A stretch of 64,000 bases of DNA from Oscillospiraceae bacterium. Its GTDB lineage: Bacteria > Bacillota > Clostridia > Oscillospirales > Oscillospiraceae. Positions 62,628 through 64,000 of the stretch are shown piece after piece. Location: contig CACYLC010000003.1 in the NCBI GenBank assembly GCA_902775105.1, positions 9,586 to 73,585 on the forward strand. The letters are read 5' to 3'. The translations under genes were made by a program, and so were the position numbers. The notes beneath the pieces are model-generated. The model was not told the origin of the DNA, made no database searches, and saw only the letters and a program-made list of their open reading frames with translations. Positions within the stretch are counted from its first letter, which is position 1. Each line of letters opens with the position of its first letter.

Positions 62628-63262
62628 TGCCGGTTCCTCCCTTCCGCCGCCTCGATCAGGTTCCGGGTCTCCTCCGGCGTCAGCGGGCGGTTCAGGCTGA
62701 GGCAGCGTTCGAAGAGCCGCTGATAGATCACCTTTCTGGTCTCCTCACTCCCGACACTTTGCTTGATCGGCTCCCGCTGGTTGTCCAGCCAGCATAGTAT
62801 CTCGCCGATTGCATCCGGCAGTCCGTGACTGATCTCATTTTTGATGTAAATTGCCCCGCTGGGACTGGCGCCTCCGGTAGAGATACCAATGCTCAACGGC
62901 CCCCGCCGCACCAGAGACGGAAAGAGGAAGGTGCAGTCCTCCGGGGTGTCTACCACATTGACGGGAAGTCTCCTCTCTCGACAGAGCAGAGATATTTCAT
63001 GGTTGGTCTGACGGTCGTTGGTCGCCGCAATGACAAATGTAGGGCTGTCGTCCAGATCTGCCGGACGAAACGTTCTGGAGACAACAGAGACGCCGGAGAG
63101 GTTTGCCAGCTCCGGCAACACCTCCGGCGCAATGACGGTAAGCCTCGGCCCGTAGTCCAGAAGACGCTTTGCCTTGCCCAGCGCCGTTTTCCCGCCGCCG
63201 ACGATCAGCCCTTTGCGGCCTTCCAGCCGGACAAAAAAAGGAAAATATACCATTTCTTTCAC
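62624..63262 (-). CDS. sirC: precorrin-2 dehydrogenase / sirohydrochlorin ferrochelatase (SirC/CysG N-domain type)
   Basis: 212 aa with YFPFFVRLEGRKGLIVGGGKTALGK Rossmann start. Its stop overlaps the cobA-hemD start by 4 nt. Confidence 0.87.
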   Translation of the reverse strand: MKEMVYFPFFVRLEGRKGLIVGGGKTALGKAKRLLDYGPRLTVIAPEVLPELANLSGVSVVSRTFRPADLDDSPTFVIAATNDRQTNHEISLLCRERRLPVNVVDTPEDCTFLFPSLVRRGPLSIGISTGGASPSGAIYIKNEISHGLPDAIGEILCWLDNQREPIKQSVGSEETRKVIYQRLFERCLSLNRPLTPEETRNLIEAAEGRNRQ

Positions 63263-63266
63263 TTCC

Positions 63267-64000
63267 TCACGGTTTCAGGGGACTGCAATAATACTGCCAG
63301 CCGTTTTCTGTCTGCACTCTGTTCAGGGAGATCCCAAATGCTTTTGGTATGATACCGCCGGCGTAGATTTCCTCTGGTGTACCCAGTGCACACAATGCGC
63401 CTTCATGCAGCACGGCCAGCCGGTCTGCCCCAGCCAGTGCCATGGGCAGATCGTGGAGCACCAGAACCACTGCCTTTCCCTGTGCCGCCAGCTTTTGGGC
63501 AAGGGCAATGACCTGAAGCTGGTGGGCGATGTCCAAATAGGTGGTCGGCTCGTCCATGAGGATGGTGTCTGTCTGCTGCGCCAGTGCCATGGCGAGATAG
63601 ACCTTCTGCCGCTGGCCGCCGCTGAGGGTCCTGACGGAGCGATCTGCCAATTCCTGTGCGTCCGCCTGCTCCAGCGACCAGGTGACGATCTGTCGGTCAG
63701 CCTCCGTGTAGCGCCGGGGATAGCTCATATGGGGAAACCGTCCGTGCATGACCATGCGCCTTGCCGTAATATCCGGCACATTGCGGGACTGGGGCAGATA
63801 GGCCACCTTTTGGGCAATCTGCCTTGGTGTCAGGGTTTCCAGCGGGCTTCCGTCCAATCGGATCGTTCCGCCTGTTCGGGGATGGAGATGAATTGCGGTC
63901 CTGAGCAGGGTACTCTTTCCGCTGCCGTTTGGCCCCACAATCATCAGCACCCTGCCGGGATGAAAGGCCAGACTGACGTCCCGCAGCACTGTTTTACCGG
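63267..64000 (-). CDS. ABC transporter ATP-binding protein (FecE/FhuC/BtuD class), 5' end beyond window
   Basis: GPNGSGKSTLL, LSGGQRQKV and MDEPTTYLD. The frame stays open upstream of the track start (GTG 63989) to the window edge (...GKTVLRDVSL). Confidence 0.88.
   Translation of the reverse strand, partial: GKTVLRDVSLAFHPGRVLMIVGPNGSGKSTLLRTAIHLHPRTGGTIRLDGSPLETLTPRQIAQKVAYLPQSRNVPDITARRMVMHGRFPHMSYPRRYTEADRQIVTWSLEQADAQELADRSVRTLSGGQRQKVYLAMALAQQTDTILMDEPTTYLDIAHQLQVIALAQKLAAQGKAVVLVLHDLPMALAGADRLAVLHEGALCALGTPEEIYAGGIIPKAFGISLNRVQTENGWQYYCSPLKP

Noticed and set aside
1-64000. CRISPR arrays, tRNA/rRNA genes, IS elements, integrases, prophage blocks, toxin-antitoxin pairs
   Set aside because: Scanning the intergenic regions by eye showed no regularly spaced direct repeats, no tRNA-like T-loop or acceptor patterns and no transposase or integrase-like ORFs. 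The largest non-coding gaps (373, 398, 605 and 378 bp) are too short for such elements. A computational scan (tRNAscan-SE, Infernal/Rfam, CRISPR finders) would be needed to exclude small ncRNAs.

Overview
64-kb chromosomal window with high GC (about 58-61% by eye). Gene content fits a spore-forming Clostridia member (whiA, spmAB, abrB, NodB deacetylase); an Oscillospiraceae/Flavonifractor-like origin is only a guess. I call 64 protein-coding genes (two truncated at the window edges) and two decayed ORFs. I found no rRNA, tRNA, CRISPR array, IS element, integrase or prophage. The backbone is cls'-dnaE-whiA-yvcK-rapZ-murB, trpS, tsaD-rimI, polA, icd, cobB, lepB-ymdB, spmAB, abrB/rsmI, plus an 8-gene nucleoside uptake/salvage block (tdk-deoC-BMP ABC transporter-pdp-udk). 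Six blocks deserve a second look. (i) A VTC-like polyphosphate-polymerase gene, a DUF4956 gene and a doubly anchored beta-helix protein lie next to a two-component system (29.9-35.6 kb). (ii) A TetR-linked operon pairs a heterodimeric ABC exporter with an MptD-type ECF importer and is flanked by GTTAGCTAAC palindromes (51.3-58.4 kb). (iii) A Bce-style sensing module carries an atypical 913-aa double-ectodomain FtsX permease. (iv) A surface protein combines a zinc ribbon, a TM helix, three SH3b domains and a YARHG domain. (v) A small Dsr-like sulfite reductase and a TusA-like gene sit beside siroheme genes. (vi) Three DnaA boxes occupy an unexplained 0.37-kb gap. Sequence alone cannot show that any of these is a truly new system. 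The VTC-like and mpt-like loci are the best candidates, because their families are recognisable but functionally uncharacterised in Firmicutes as far as I know. Many long ORFs in the supplied track are antisense shadows of real genes, a high-GC artefact. Several real genes start downstream of the longest-ORF start, and I corrected those coordinates.
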